Notes under the pieces: generated by a model | What the model saw: only the letters and a program-made list of their open reading frames with translations | Databases searched by the model: none | Told to the model about the DNA's origin: nothing | Shown here: piece by piece, positions 63,738-64,000 of the stretch | Position numbering within the stretch: position 1 is the stretch's first letter | Layout of the letters: each line of letters begins with the position of its first letter | From: Eledone cirrhosa | Lineage: Eukaryota | DNA: 64,000 nt | Reading direction: 5' to 3' | Assembly (NCBI GenBank): GCA_964016885.1 | Contig: OZ024747.1 | Location: forward strand, 71,114,001-71,178,000 | Program-made: the position numbers and the translations under genes

Positions 63738-63928
63738 GGTGGATTGGCAGTATCGGTAGAGGGTCGGACACCATGCTTTGCAGCAAAGAGTTACGGCCCT
63801 TTATGGTCTGAGTTCAAATCCCGCCGAGGTTAACTTTGCCTTTCATCCTCCCGGGCTCGATAAAATAAAGCAGCAGTAATACACTGGGATAATTGCTGGC
63901 CTTGTTCCAAAAGTAGAAATAATTATTA
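63738..63928 (+). mobile_element. SINE family A
   Basis: Full head, body and tail. Confidence 0.9.
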
Positions 63929-64000
63929 GTGAAGAACTTCTCGCTCTTTGGTGTTCGTTTTCGGTGAAAATGGCATTAGCTATTAAAATCCATGGTGAAT

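Overview
Eukaryotic, AT-rich, repeat-saturated non-genic DNA. The SINE families and microsatellite load suggest a coleoid cephalopod such as Octopus; this is inferred from remembered repeat motifs, not from a search. No host protein-coding exon can be supported, and nearly all listed ORFs are translations of (TA)n/(CA)n/(GA)n/(TACA)n tracts. The window holds many tRNA-derived SINEs, a 32-copy array of a SINE head, RTE and R4/Dong-like LINE fossils (one 5'-inverted), mariner/Tc1, MITE and Helitron-like relics, minisatellites and a ~5.9 kb tandem duplication. The main hidden signal is that short unique-looking islands between (TA)n tracts repeatedly carry type I hammerhead ribozyme cores (CUGANGA...GAAA...NUH). 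There are about ten good and several variant motifs from at least six unrelated families. Many have the short, palindromic helix III typical of Penelope-like-element/retrozyme ribozymes, and they occur in partial-tandem, circularly permuted or inverted arrangements. All structures were read by eye and coordinates of degenerate elements are approximate.
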